A DNA stretch of 64,000 nucleotides from Zygnema circumcarinatum SAG 698-1b. Its lineage: Eukaryota; Plantae; Zygnematophyceae. The notes under the pieces are model-generated. The model was not told the DNA's origin, ran no database searches, and saw only the letters and a program-made list of their open reading frames with translations. Location: NCBI GenBank assembly GCA_037447605.1, contig CM074807.1:372001-436000 (forward strand), in the 5' to 3' direction. Made by a program: the position numbers and the translations under genes. Position 1 is the first letter of the stretch, and each line of letters opens with the position of its first letter. This document shows, piece by piece, positions 11,113 to 24,146 of the stretch.

Positions 11113-12892
11113 ATGGCTGCATCGCTCTTCAGCGCAGCGACTAATTTGGCGGCTCGCCGTCCCTGGGGAGTGCTCGCCAATGCGAGTAAGTTTTTTACTC
11201 CCTTTTTCTCTGTTTAGCTATTTGAGAGAGAGGGGGGAAGCAAGGATAGAGAGCATGTCTTTTTTGCTTTCTAGTTCGTGTTCCTGATTTTTGCTCAAAA
11301 TTGTTTGCAGGATCGGCGTGGTCTTCCGTGAAGGCGGAATCTCCTATTAGCATCAATGCGCTCGTCACTAAAATGGGCGGCCTCCAGATTTCGCCATTAA
11401 GTAAGTTATTTTACTTTCAAACTTCATTATTTCTTGTCTTTTTCCCTTCTTCCTTTTTCCTCCCTTTTGTTTTTGTCTGCACTTTGCACTTTATCAACGC
11501 CTAACTTTCGTTAATGTTGGTGGGGTTGCAGAGCCGCCCTCAGCGTTTTGCATGTCTCCGCCTTCCGCTACAGAGATGCTCAACGACATCTCTTTACTCT
11601 GTCGCCAAGTGGCGGCAATCGAGCTCGATGACGTCATGCGAACTCCAACTGCCAGTAAGATTCTTCCTTTCTTTAGTCGATGTTTTCTGTTTTTTTTTCT
11701 TGCATCAACGTTTTGTTGATTATATCTCTTCCAAATGCAACTATTTTTTGCTGTGCTCTTTAATTTTTAACAACATTTTTTTGTTCTCTTGCTTGCTTGC
11801 TTGCTGCAGGTGATGTGAGGGGTCAGACTGCTCCTGCTCCTCCTCCCCCTCCTCTTCCTCTCGCGGCGATTGATCTGCGTGGCGTCAAGCGATCTCGAAC
11901 TGAGAGTAAGTAATCTTTTCTCTTTAGTCAGTAGTTTTATTTTTTTTCTTTTCTTTTCTTTTCCTTGCATCAACGTTTTATTGATTATTTCTCTTCCAAA
12001 TGCAACCTATTTTTTGCTGTGCTTTTTAATTTTTAACAACGTTTTTTTGTTCTCTTGCTTGCTTGCTTGCTTGCTGCAGGTGCTGTGAGGGGTCAGACTG
12101 CTGCTGCTCCTCCTCCCCCTCCTCTTCCTCTCGCGGCGATTGATCTGCGTCCCGTCAAGCGAACTCGTACTGCGAGTACGTAATCTTTTCTCTTTAGTCA
12201 GTGGTTTTTTTTTTCTTTCTTTTGTTTTCTTGCATCAACGTTTTGCTGTTCATTCTCTTCCAATTGCAACTTCCTTTTGCTCTGCTTCTAAATTTTTAAT
12301 AACTTTTCCTTTCTCGTGCTTGCTGCAGGTGATGTGAGGGCAAGCCCGGCCTGCAGTGGACAGATTACTCAGATTACTCCCCCTCCTCCCCCCCCCCTCC
12401 CCCTTCGCTCTCTCTCCTCTTAAACGATTTGCGTCCGCGCGGCCTGCCGCCCCTCGGCGCATCTCCGCCGTCCGATGGCCGTCCCGGCGCGGCCTTGGCC
12501 GTCCGATCGCGAAGGGTCCAGGGCCCATCCTCGCCCGCCGTGTGGCTCGCACCGCCGCGTTTTGGGCGTCGGTATTTGCGGTCGAGCCACGTGGCGACCC
12601 CCCCGCAGGCAGCGCTCGCCCGCCCTCCAGCTGGTGGCCCGGCCTCTCTCAAACCGCCCTCCCGCCCTGGCTGCCTCTCCCCCCTCGCTGGCCGGGGGGG
12701 TGGTGGACCTAGACGCCGGATGCAGGGGTAGATGCACACCTCACCGGAGCTCATTCACTCATTCACTCATTCGATGTGCGGGGGGGTGTACAAGGGATTG
12801 CGGCTCGTTGACCGAGAGAGAGGGAGAGAGAGAGAGCAAGATTTGTGTTGAGCTTCTCATTACATGAATCAGGTGGCAGTTTCGTGGTGTAG
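11113..12892 (+). CDS. Array gene B, copy 1 (unrecognised Pro-rich protein; 3' end uncertain)
   Basis: GT-AG exons 11113-11185, 11311-11400, 11532-11654, 11810-11905, 12080-12175 and 12329 onward join in frame (MAASLFSAATNLAARRPWGVLANARSAWSSVKAESPISINALVTKMGGLQISPLKPPSAFCMSPPSATEMLNDISLLCRQVAAIELDDVMRTPTA...). The frame in exon 6 breaks in a C-homopolymer in this copy but is open in copy 2. Confidence 0.6.
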
Positions 12893-13439
12893 AGGGAAGC
12901 AAAGACATAGGAGGTGGAGCCGGCTGTATGGGAACGGATCATCGGAGTTGAGGGCAGCACCACATCATTGCCAAGGTGAAACAGCTTCAAGCAGAAGATT
13001 TGCCGCATCAGCAACTCTGCAAAGGGGAAGAAGTTGGGAAAATAACTCTGCAAAATGTGGAGGAGTCGAGCGGAGTTTCCCAGTCTTCTTCTATCGAACG
13101 TTTCAGCACAGATTGTTTGGAGGCTGAGGATTGGCACACTGTGGTGGCTATCGACGAGGAGACGAAATGATCGTCCATTGAGAAGATACTGAGAGAGGAC
13201 TTGTACAAGCATGAAGCCTCCCTTTGTCGGAAAAAGGCGAGGAGGGACAGGTCGCCTCGCGTGGCTCACAATCAGAGCGAGCATCGCATTGGAGTCGGAA
13301 ATGAGTCCGGTCGAAGCTGCAGCGGAGAGGTTAGAAGGCGAGTCAGAGCACTTGGCTGCGAGTCCGCTCTGCCCGTGGCAGGTTGCAGCAGTGGTCTTAG
13401 TTTTTTGTCTTTTAAGTCCTTTTTTTAGTCCTTTTTTTT

Positions 13440-14480
13440 AGTCGGTGTCGACGTCAGCTGCAGGTCCAGTTTCAGTTCCAGTTTAGTTTGGTCACACTGA
13501 GTGAGTGCGATTTGCAGCAGTCAAGGTTCTTTTTTTACTCGGTGTCCACGTCAGCTGCGTAGAGACAGGCTGGTAGAGACAGCTGCGTAGCGGCGTAGAG
13601 ACAGGCAGGATGGAGGTGTCGCATTTTTAGAGTCTTGCATTAGTCAGTGTCTATGGCAGTTCCAGTTGCAGTTTTAGTTTTAGTTGCAGTTCTAGTGCAG
13701 TTTGGTCAACTGGGATGGCGATTTTTTTGCTGCAACATTTATTATGTTTGCAGTTTCCATCGCTACTCCTCAGTTTTCAAAGTGCAGTCAAGAGCGTTGT
13801 AACTGAACATGGATCTGGCTGGCTGACCAGCATGTTTCATTTTTCATTTTTAATTCAGATTCTGATCTTGTCATCTCCTTGTTCCGAAAAGTGTGTCAAG
13901 GTTCAACCTTTTGAACGTGAACTGTGTTTTAGCCCATAATTCTTTCTTTTTGCTCTCCTCCCCTCCCAAGGCAGAAGGAGAAGCCTTTCAGCTTCTCTCT
14001 GAATCGGTTCCAGTGGAAGGGCCAAAGAAAGAAAGTCTGCGGGCAGTCCAGTCCAGTCCGTTCTTTTCGATGAACGAAAATCCACGACTCGAGTGACCTG
14101 GAGCTTGTGCAACCAACCATTGGATCATTGATTCGCGGAACACCCCACATTGCCAATCCTTGCAACCAATCATAGGCTGGGGACCCATCTAACGACAGCT
14201 CAGCTCAGCTTAGTCAGCCAGCCAATGAATGCAACCATTGGACCATTGATTCCCGACCCACCCAACCATTGCCAACGTTTGTAACCATTGCCAACGTTTG
14301 TAACCATTGCCAACGTTTGTAACCATTGCCAACGTTTGCAACCGTTGGCTGGAGATCCAGCCAACCATTGTCAATGACTGCAACCATTGGATCCAATGGT
14401 TGATTGGGTCGAGAATCAATGGTTTGAGAAGTCGCAACGATTGCCAATGTTTGAAGCCATTGGCTAGCTACCCAGCCAAA
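13440..14480 (+). repeat. T module (long form) after gene B1; homologous blocks at about 22513-23540 and 25624-26560
   Basis: Shares the T core with the gene A 3' regions, then continues through ...GGAAGGGCCAAAGAAAGAAAGTCTGCGGGCAGTCC... into the AACCATTG repeat field. Confidence 0.85.
14264..14343 (+). repeat. 19-bp minisatellite AACCATTGCCAACGTTTGT x4 (x3 at 23340-23400)
   Basis: Read directly; contiguous units without spacers. Confidence 0.95.
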
Positions 14481-14997
14481 CATTGCCAATTTCTGCAACC
14501 AGTGGATCCAACGGTTGGCTGGATCGGGAATCAACGGATTGCAAATCGCAACCATTGGATCCAATGGTTGATCCAACGCATGGCCCAAAATATTTTCAAC
14601 AGCCGTGTCCGTCCGCGATTGAGCGAGGGTCAGCCGGGCAGCTGAAATTCTTTCCGGTCCTCCCTCGCCGCGAGTACGACAAGCTGCAGCCCCCCTTCGA
14701 CGCCTCACGTCACGTCACGCGTACCGTACGCGACCATTCCCCCCACGGCGATGGCGCCACCTGTCCGTCCGTACAGTCCTATCCAAGATTTGAGATGAGG
14801 TAGACGCGCGGCCCACCATTTTGGGCCACACCTTTCCTCTGCGGGCAGCTGGAGGCCAACATTGAGCTGCCCGGATGGCGCTCGCCCAATCACGGACGCT
14901 TACGTCGCACACAAGGCAGCCAAAACTATTTCAGGGCTGCCCGTGGCCCACCCCAAGGCCAGGCCCCCCCGCCCGGGCCATCATTTCTCCCTCACTC

Positions 14998-15039
<42 letters not shown>

Positions 15040-15093
15040 GCGCTCTCTCCCTCTCTCTCTCTCTCTGTCGCTCTCCTGCATCGAGCCACGGCC

Positions 15094-17082
15094 ATGGCTG
15101 CCGCGCCCTCGCCCTCCCTCCGTGAGCGCGTGCGCGCGCTGGCGCTGAACCAGCTGCAGGCGCTGCTCTCGTACTGGCGGCTCTACACCGCCCCTCTGGG
15201 CGCCGACCGCGACGCCTTCGCGCAGACGGCCCTCGACTACAGCAAGGCGTACGGCGTGCTCGACCTCCCTCCCCTGCCGCCGCCTGTCAAGGAGCCCTCT
15301 GCGAGTCTCGAGGACTCCCACATGAGGAAAAGGGCCGCCGTTGAAGACCGCCTGCGCGAGCTCTCCCTCCCTCAGTTGCGCGCGTTGTTGTACACATGGC
15401 AGTTGTGCCCCAATCGCCTCCCCCTCGATCGCCACGCCTTCCTCCAAGTGGCGCTGGGATACGCGCACCTCCACAAAGTCGTGGAGCTCCCTCCGCTGCC
15501 GCCGCCACATGCCCCGGCCGCCGCCTCTCTCGCAAGGGCCGAGGAGGAGGCAGCGCCAAGGAAGCGGCGGCTTGAGGAGGAGGAGGAGGAGGAGGAGGAG
15601 GAGGCGGGCGAGTGCGCCGAGAGGGAGGCGAAAAGAGGCAGCGTCAAGCGCCTCCGCATGGCGTCGCCTGCTGCGCCCGTCCCCTTCTCTCCCGCTCCCT
15701 TCTTCCGCCCGAGGAGGAGAGCCTCCACCTCCACCTCGCCCTCTCTCGCGGCTCCATCGCTCAAACGACCCGCGGAGGCGGAGGCGCCTCAGAGACCTTA
15801 TTTGCTCCCTGTGTTCCAACCCCCCATGGAGCGTTCAAAGAGGGCGGCGAATGGTTTTTATCAGCACGAGCGCGTTGAAGCTGGTGAGTATGCATTTAAT
15901 ATGTCGCTTTGCTTGCAAAGGGACGAGTGGGGAATCATTTGATTTCATTTTTTTTTTTTTCATTTTACATGTTATTTTCACACTCTTGTTTCTTACACGT
16001 TTGTTTTCTGTCAACTTCTGCCAGGTCTGTCGCATGGCATGAGGATGTTCCTCGGCATTGAAAGTTTCAAGCCAACGCCAAAGGTACTTTTTCTTATGCT
16101 ATTCACTAGGCTAGCCTTGTATGCTTACAGCTTGAAGCAGCTCAAGGAGCCTTACCCCCTATATTTGTCTGCTGCAGGAGTCGGCTCTGAAGCATGACAA
16201 GTGGATCAGAAAATCGATCGAGAGTCAAAAACAAGCCGAGGTGAGAATCATCTTTCTCTCTCTCCCTATGTCTCAGTCACTCCCTTTCACTGTCCCTCCC
16301 ACGCTCTCCTCTCTTCCTCTTTNNNNNNNNNNCCCACGCTCTCCTCTCTTCCTCTTTCTTTCTTGCTTGGAATGTTTATCTGAATGAACCAAAATCAGGC
16401 AGAAAGGTAGCGATGGTGCATAATGAAGGGAGATAGTTTGAAAACACAATATTCCTTTTGCTGATTTCATTTTCCGAATGTTTTTGTGGCGAATGCGCAG
16501 GAAAGAGCCGAGGCAGCTCGGAAGGCCGCCCGCGAGCAAAGGGTGGCGGAGGAAGGTGCCGAGGAGGAGCGGAAGAGACAGGTCCGGAAAGCAATGGAAG
16601 AAGCCGACGCCGCGAAGCTGAAGACTGCGGAGGAGCTCGGGAGCGACTGCTTGGAGGCGTACAAGGAAGTGGCGAGCAAACGAGATGAGTTTCGGAAGCT
16701 CAAAAGCGAGTGGGACGACTCGCGGCGGCTGGATGAGCTGTGGAACGAGAAGGAGACGCGCCGCCAGCTGAGGGATGAATACCGAGAAATCGGCCATCAG
16801 CTCCTCTTAATATACGTGAGTCAACGGACCCCGCTCGACCTCTCCTTGCGTTGTTATCCCCCCTTCGTTTCGCTCTCTCACTCTCTTTGTTTCTATCCTG
16901 CTCCCTTCCTCCGTAGCTGAAGCTGCCTCTGTCTGCTTGTCTGCCTGCTTGCTTGCTTGCAGACGCGCAAAGTCCACGAGTTTGTGAAGGTGGAGGCGGT
17001 GAGCGTGGCGGATCGAGTGCTGGAGGAGGCCTGTGCCGTCGCAGCCATTCGCGGTTGGCCGGAGGCGGCCACAGCGGCGTAG
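15094..17082 (+). CDS. Array gene A, copy 2: 448-aa protein of unknown function (two helical repeats of about 60 aa, poly-E, basic clusters, coiled-coil-like C-terminus)
   Basis: Exons 15094-15883, 16025-16083, 16178-16240, 16501-16815 and 16963-17082 total 1347 nt. All introns are GT-AG with consistent phases, giving one uninterrupted frame. Confidence 0.8.
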
Positions 17083-19020
17083 AGACACACCACACAGAGG
17101 ATAGGGCCACTTGCTGCAGGCACACGTTGGATTTTTGCATTCCTTTTTGATTCGGTGTCCATGCCGGTTGCAGTTCAGTTCGGCCACAGCGGCGTAGAGA
17201 CACACCACACAGAGGATAGGACCACTTGCTGCAGGCACTTGCTGGAGTTTTGCATTCTTTTTTTGATTCGGTGTCCATGTCGGTTGCGGTTGAAGTTGCA
17301 GTTGCAATTGCAGTTGCAGTTCGGCCACAGCAGCGTAGAGATAGGCAGAGGATGAGGATGGGGGTGTCGCATTTTTTGAGTCTTGCATTAGTCGGTGTCT
17401 ATGGCAGTTCCAGTTGCAGTTGCAGTATCAGTTTCACTTTCAGTTTTAGTGCAGTTTGGTCAACTGGGATAGCGATTTTTTTGCTGCAGCATTTATTATG
17501 TTTGCAGTTTCCATCGCTACTCAGTTTTCAAAGTGCAAGTCAAGAGAGTTGTAACTGAACATGGAACTGGACGACCACGAGTGCAGTGAGATGATAGTTT
17601 AGCAGCGTCATCCTCAATGAGGACAAGTTTGTTCGTTTTTTCTTTTTCTCATAAGTTCGGAATTGTTTGTAAACTCAAAACGTGTTGTTGTGCAAACAAA
17701 ATAAGTCTGTGTGCAAACCATTTGTAAAGCAACAATTTCCATGATTTGATGAGCACTATTTTGGCTGATATTTTACATTTACAAGTTCTTTCCTGTAAAT
17801 GAAATTGGCGGTGGGGTCGACCTTACATCATCAATAGGGGGTGTCAGACTTAAAAAATTTCAGTACGCGTGTGCGGAGTACTTTCGTAACCTTTTTTTTC
17901 GTAACGCTTGTCGTAAGATTTTGTTAAGTCTGACACCCCCTAATATCTAAAATCTTATCGCTGCAAGCTTTGCGGAGAGAAAGCATACGACAGTTGATAG
18001 CTCATGTGAGCCATCATATGGACATGGGGCGCTGTTCCCATTCCATGTTCCACATGAGAGCCATCGATCATATCATGATCGTCATAGCCATTTCGAGACC
18101 GCCGTATTGTAGCCCAAGGGACAGTCGCAGATCCATGTGACGCTGTTCCATGACCTTCACGTGCTACTCCCAATACGGTCACTTGGCGGGCGGTCATGCG
18201 CTCCCAGTTCTCAGAAACAGTTCAACTTCATTCTTGAATGAAGTTGAACTGTTTCTGAATGTCTAACATCCGGCAAAAATGCAGCGATATGCAGGTCGTT
18301 CAAGAGCATCGAGAATAAGAAAAAAACACACAAAGGGGACTGCTTCTCAACTTTTCAAACCCTAAGCATCTGCATGAACCTTAAAAGGAACTAAACTGTA
18401 AATTGAAGTGCAAGGACAAACTGTCGAAGGGGAAGCCTTCAACTTATAAGCCAAAAACAGAAACAGGCGAAGCATCTATTATGCTCCTCCCAGCATTCCC
18501 GTGCTAAGAAAAGTAATGTTTTTACTTAGGCCCTGCTTGCACCTGCTGAGATTTCCTGCAAACCCTAGAACTGAACACACTGTTGTCTGCAAACCCTAAC
18601 CGCATGGAACGCGGGACGAGGCCGATCCGTGTGCTAGCGCGTACGTGCTGTAGTCCGTAGTTCCGTCCCGTTGAACCGAACGGCCATCGCCTCACGCGCA
18701 CAGATAGCCAACCATTGCCAATGACTGTAGCCATTTGATCCAACGGTTGGTTAGATCGGGAATGAACGGTTTGCAAATCGCAACCATTGGATCCAATGGT
18801 TGATCCAACCCATGGCCCGTCCATCGCATGGCCTGACATGTTTTCGGCTGCCGTGTCCGTCCGTGGCAGTCCACAGTCAGTCCTTGCGTGCACGTAGCGG
18901 AAGCGCTGTGCAAGTTGCCAACTATAGTTTTGTAGACTCAAACGCTGTCCTTTTTAGCCAAAAAGTATTTTTGTTGTTGCATTGATGTTTGTCACATGGC
19001 GGTAAATTTGTTGCTGCTGC

Positions 19021-19055
<35 letters not shown>

Positions 19056-20165
19056 GTCAAAGGTGTTATGGTCAGACAGTTTTAAGCCAATGGTTGGCTG
19101 TTCACAATGATCCGACCATTGCAATGGATGCGAGCCATCCAACCATTGCCAGTGGTTCGCAACCATTGCGGTCCGCCATGTGCCCACCCCCCCCCGCCGC
19201 CGCCGCCGCCGCCGCCGCCGCGCGCGGACCGCGTCCGACCGCCCCAACGACCGCGGACCGCCCTCAGGCCCTCCCTCGCGCCCTTTTGAAGGGGCGGGTC
19301 CGCCCGTGCGATCGCGCGCCGCACCACTCCGCCCCTGCGCGCCGACAGCCCGCTGGGTGGTCGGTAGCACACGATGCAGAGAAGGCTGCCACGCGGCAGC
19401 TGAATGCAATCTCGTTCTATGGCGCTCGCTTCCGTTCTCGTGCAAGGCCGCGCCGCGTGTCGCCGCTCGACCAGTTTGTGCGTACGGCCGGCCTGCATGC
19501 CCGCCGCGTGGCCTGATCCGGACAAGTTCATGTCGGTGACCTTGGCCACGTCCGCTCGCGATTGGCGGCGAGTCGGTGGCGCGCGGCCAAATTTTCAGGT
19601 ACGAAGAAACACGTGTCGCGTTCTCCGTAGTCGTGTCAGACCGCACTACAGCGGCGGCGAATCGGTCGCCGTCACGTGGCATATAAGGGGTTAAGTGGGT
19701 CGGCGCTTCACGACGCGCAGTACGGCGGCGAATCAGTCGCCGCCACGTGGCAAATAGGGGGTTAGTCGGACGGCGCGTGACGACGCGTGGCAGCGAACCG
19801 GTCGCCAGCACGTGGCATATATGGGCTAGGGGGGTGGCGCATCGCGACGCGCAGTTTGGCAGCGGCGAGTTGGTGGGCGCCACGTGAGGTTTAGGGTTAG
19901 GGGGGCGTCTCGGCGCACCTGCGGGGGGCGGCGCCCTCTTGGACGCGCGCGCCGGCCCCTTCGCGGGGCGGGCCCTGGTCTCGAGCGTTCGCAGTTTGGC
20001 GCCCTTGCAGGGCCCTTCCTCAAAGAAAGGGGAGGCGGGAGCCCACTAAATTAATTTCAGCTCCATGCTTCTGCCTGCGCGCTTCTGCCTGCGCGCTTCT
20101 GCCTTGCGCGCTTCTGCCCCTGAGCTCCCTACTTTCTTTTTACTTTTTTTTCAGTTGCCTTCAAA

Positions 20166-21965
20166 ATGGCTGCATCGCTCTTCAGCGCAGCGACTAATTT
20201 GGCGGCTCGCCGTCCCTGGGGAGTGCTCGCCAATGCGAGTAAGTTTTTTACTCCCTTTTTCTCTGTTTAGCTATTTGAGAGAGAGGGGGGAAGCAAGGAT
20301 AGAGAGCATGTCTTTTTTGCTTTCTAGTTCGTGTTCCTGATTTTTGCTCAAAATTGTTTGCAGGATCGGCGTGGTCTTCCGTGAAGGCGGAATCTCCTAT
20401 TAGCATCAATGCGCTCGTCACTAAAATGGGCGGCCTCCAGATTTCGCCATTAAGTAAGTTATTTTACTTTTCAAACTTCATTATTTCTTGTCTTTTTCCC
20501 TTCTTCCTTTTTCCTCCCTTTTTGTTTTTGCATGCACCCACTTTGCACTTTATCAACATAACTTTACGGGTATGTTAGCGGGTGGGGTTGCAGAGCCACC
20601 GCCCTCAGCGTTTTGCGTAATACCGCCTTCGCTGCGGGGTAACCTCAGCGACATATAACATACCGTAGCCAGAAGTGGCGGCAATCGAGAAAACTCGATG
20701 ACGTCATGCGAACTCCAACTGCCAGTAAGATTCTTCCTTTCTTTAGTCGATGTTTTCTGTTTTTTTTTCTTGCATCAACGTTTTGTTGATTATATCTCTT
20801 CCAAATGCAACTATTTTTTGCTGTGCTCTTTAATTTTTAACAACATTTTTTTGTTCTCTTGCTTGCTTGCTTGCTGCAGGTGATGTGAGGGGTCAGACTG
20901 CTCCTGCTCCTCTCCCCTCCTCTTCGCGGGTGATCTGCGGCTGGCGTCCAGCTTGATACCGAGACTGAGAGTAAGTAATCTTTTTCTCTTTTAGTCGGTA
21001 GGTTTTATTTTTCTTCGCTTCGCTGCGCATCAGCAGTTTTCGGTGATTGTTTCTCTTTGATGCAACCTATTTTTTGCTGTGCTTTTTAATTTTTAACAAC
21101 GTTTTTTTGTTCTCTTGCTTGCTTGCTTGCTTGCGGGTTTGGCGAGTTCGGGCTTCTAACGCTCATCTCCCCTCTGCTCCTTCCTCTCGCGGCGTTAGGT
21201 CTGCGTCCCGTCAGAAGCGAACTCGTACTGCGAGTACGTAATCTTTTCTCTTTAGTCAGTGGTTTTTTTTTTCTTTCTTTTGTTTTCTTGCATCAACGTT
21301 TTGCTGTTCATTCTCTTCCAATTGCAACTTCCTTTTGCTCTGCTTCTAAATTTTTAATAACTTTTCCTTTCTCGTGCTTGCTGCAGGTGATGTGAGGGCA
21401 AGCCCGGCCTGCAGTGGACAGATTACTCCCCCTCCTCCCCCTCCCCCTCCCCCTCCCCCTCCTCCCCCTCCCCCTTCGCTCTCTCTCCTCTTAAACGATT
21501 TGCGTCCGCGCGGCCTGCCGCCCTCGGCGCATCTCCGCCGTCCGATGGCCGTCCCGGCGCGGCCTTGGCCGTCCGATCGCGAAGGGTCCAGGGCCCATCC
21601 TCGCCCGCGTTGGCGACCCGCGCACTTGCGCGTTTTGGGCGTCGTGGCTGCGCGGTCGAGCCACGTGGCGACCCCCCCGCAGGCAGCGCTCGCCCGCCCT
21701 CCAGCTGGTGGCCCGGCCTCTCTCAAACCGCCCTCCCGCCCTGGCTGCCTCTCCCCCTCGCTGGCCGGGGGGGTGGTGGACCTAGACGCCGGATGCAGGG
21801 GTAGATGCACACCTCACCGGAGCTCATTCACTCATTCACTCATTCGATGTGCGGGGGGGTGTACAAGGGATTGCGGCTCGTTGACCGAGAGAGAGGGAGA
21901 GAGAGAGAGCAAGATTTGTGTTGAGCTTCTCATTACATGAATCAGGTGGCAGTTTCGTGGTGTAG
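20166..21965 (+). CDS. Array gene B, copy 2 (several indel-rich patches)
   Basis: Same start and exons 1-2 as copy 1. Exons 3-5 carry scattered indels; exon 6 is open (DVRASPACSGQITPPPP...LLLNDLRPRG...VVDLDAGCR). Confidence 0.5.
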
Positions 21966-24146
21966 AGGGAAGCAAAGACATAGGAGGTGGAGCCGGCTGT
22001 ATGGGAACGGATCATCGGAGTTGAGGGCAGCACCACATCATTGCCAAGGTGAAACAGCTTCAAGCAGAAGATTTGCCGCATCAGCAACTCTGCAAAGGGG
22101 AAGAAGTTGGGAAAATAACTCTGCAAAATGTGGAGGAGTCGAGCGGAGTTTCCCAGTCTTCTTCTATCGAACGTTTCAGCACAGATTGTTTGGAGGCTGA
22201 GGATTGGCACACTGTGGTGGCTATCGACGAGGAGACGAAATGATCGTCCATTGAGAAGATACTGAGAGAGGACTTGTACAAGCATGAAGCCTCCCTTTGT
22301 CGGAAAAAGGCGAGGAGGGACAGGTCGCCTCGCGTGGCTCACAATCAGAGCGGAGCATCGCATTGGAGTCGGAAATGAGTCCGGTCGAAGCTGCAGCGGA
22401 GAGGTTAGAAGGCGAGTCAGAGCACTTGGCTGCGAGTCCGCTCTGCCCGTGGCAGGTTGCAGCAGTGGTCTTAGTTTTTTGTCTTTTAAGTCCTTTTTTT
22501 AGTCCTTTTTTTTAGTCGGTGTCGACGTCAGCTGCAGGTCCAGTTTCAGTTCCAGTTTAGTTTGGTCACACTGAGTGAGAGCGATTTGCAGAATTCAAGG
22601 TTCTTTTTTTACTCGGTGTCCACGTCAGCTTCGTAGAGACAGGCTGGTAGAGACATCTGCGTAGCGGCGTAGAGACAGGCAGGATGGAGGTGTCGCATTT
22701 TTAGAGTCTTGCATTAGTCAGTGTCTATGGCAGTTCCAGTTGCAGTTTTAGTTTTAGTTGCAGTTCTAGTGCAGTTTGGTCAACTGGGATGGCGATTTTT
22801 TTGCTGCAACATTTATTATGTTTGCAGTTTCCATCGCTACTCCTCAGTTTTCAAAGAGTGCAGTCAAGAGCGTTGTAACTGAACATGGATCTGGCTGGCT
22901 GACCAGCATGTTTCATTTTTCATTTTTAATTCAGATTCTGATCTTGTCATCTCCTTGTTCCGAAAAGTGTGTCAAGGTTCAACCTTTTGAACGTGAACTG
23001 TGTTTTAGCCCATAATTCTTTCTTTTTGCTCTCCTCCCCTCCCAAGGCAGAAGGAGAAGCCTTTCAGCTTCTCTCTGAATCGGTTCCAGTGGAAGGGCCA
23101 AAGAAAGAAAGTCTGCGGGCAGTCCAGTCCAGTCCGTTCTTTTCGATGAACGAAAATCCACGACTCGAGTGACCTGGAGCTTGTGCAACCAACCATTGGA
23201 TCATTGATTCGCGGAACACCCCACATTGCCAATCCTTGCAACCAATCATAGGCTGGGGACCCATCTAACGACAGCTCAGCTCAGCTTAGTCAGCCAGCCA
23301 ATGAATGCAACCATTGGACCATTGATTCCCGACCCACCCAACCATTGCCAACGTTTGTAACCATTGCCAACGTTTGTAACCATTGCCAACGTTTGCAACC
23401 GTTGGCTGGAGATCCAGCCAACCATTGTCAATGACTGCAACCATTGGATCCAATGGTTGATTGGGTCGAGAATCAATGGTTTGAGAAGTCGCAACGATTG
23501 CCAATGTTTGAAGCCATTGGCTAGCTACCCAGCCAAACATTGCCAATTTCTGCAACCAGTGGATCCAACGGTTGGCTGGATCGGGAATCAACGGATTGCA
23601 AATCGCAACCATTGGATCCAATGGTTGATCCAACGCATGGCCCAAAATATTTTCAACAGCCGTGTCCGTCCGCGATTGAGCGAGGGTCAGCCGGGCAGCT
23701 GAAATTCTTTCCGGTCCTCCCTCGCCGCGAGTACGACAAGCTGCAGCCCCTTCGACGCCTCGTCACGTCACGCGTACCGTACGCGACCATTCCACGGCGA
23801 TGGCGCCACCGCAATAAAATCGTACGATTCCTATCAAGATTTGAGGATGAGGTAGACGCGCGGCCCTACGACACGGGCCCTGCTTTCCTCTGCGGGCAAT
23901 GGGGCCAACATTGAGCTGCCCGGATGGCGCTCGCCAATCCACGGACGCTTACCGTCGCACACAAGGCAGCCAAAAGAGCTTGCTATTTCAGGGCTGCCGT
24001 GGCTACAAGGCCAAGGCCCCCGCCCCGGGCCATATCATTTCTCCCCTCACTCACCTTCTCTCTCTCTCTCTCTCTCTCTACTCTCTCTGGCGCTCTCTCT
24101 ACCTCTCTCTCTCTCTCTATGCGCTCTCCTGCATCGAGCCACGGCC

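Noticed and set aside
12873-13441. Possible stop-readthrough or edited extension of gene B in the splice-predicted frame
   Set aside because: Five stops in about 190 codons is compatible with non-coding sequence. No recognisable domain appears in any frame, so this cannot be supported without transcripts.
14264-14343. CRISPR-like look of the 19-bp and 120-bp repeats
   Set aside because: The units are contiguous with no unique spacers, there are no cas genes, and the context is eukaryotic and intron-rich.
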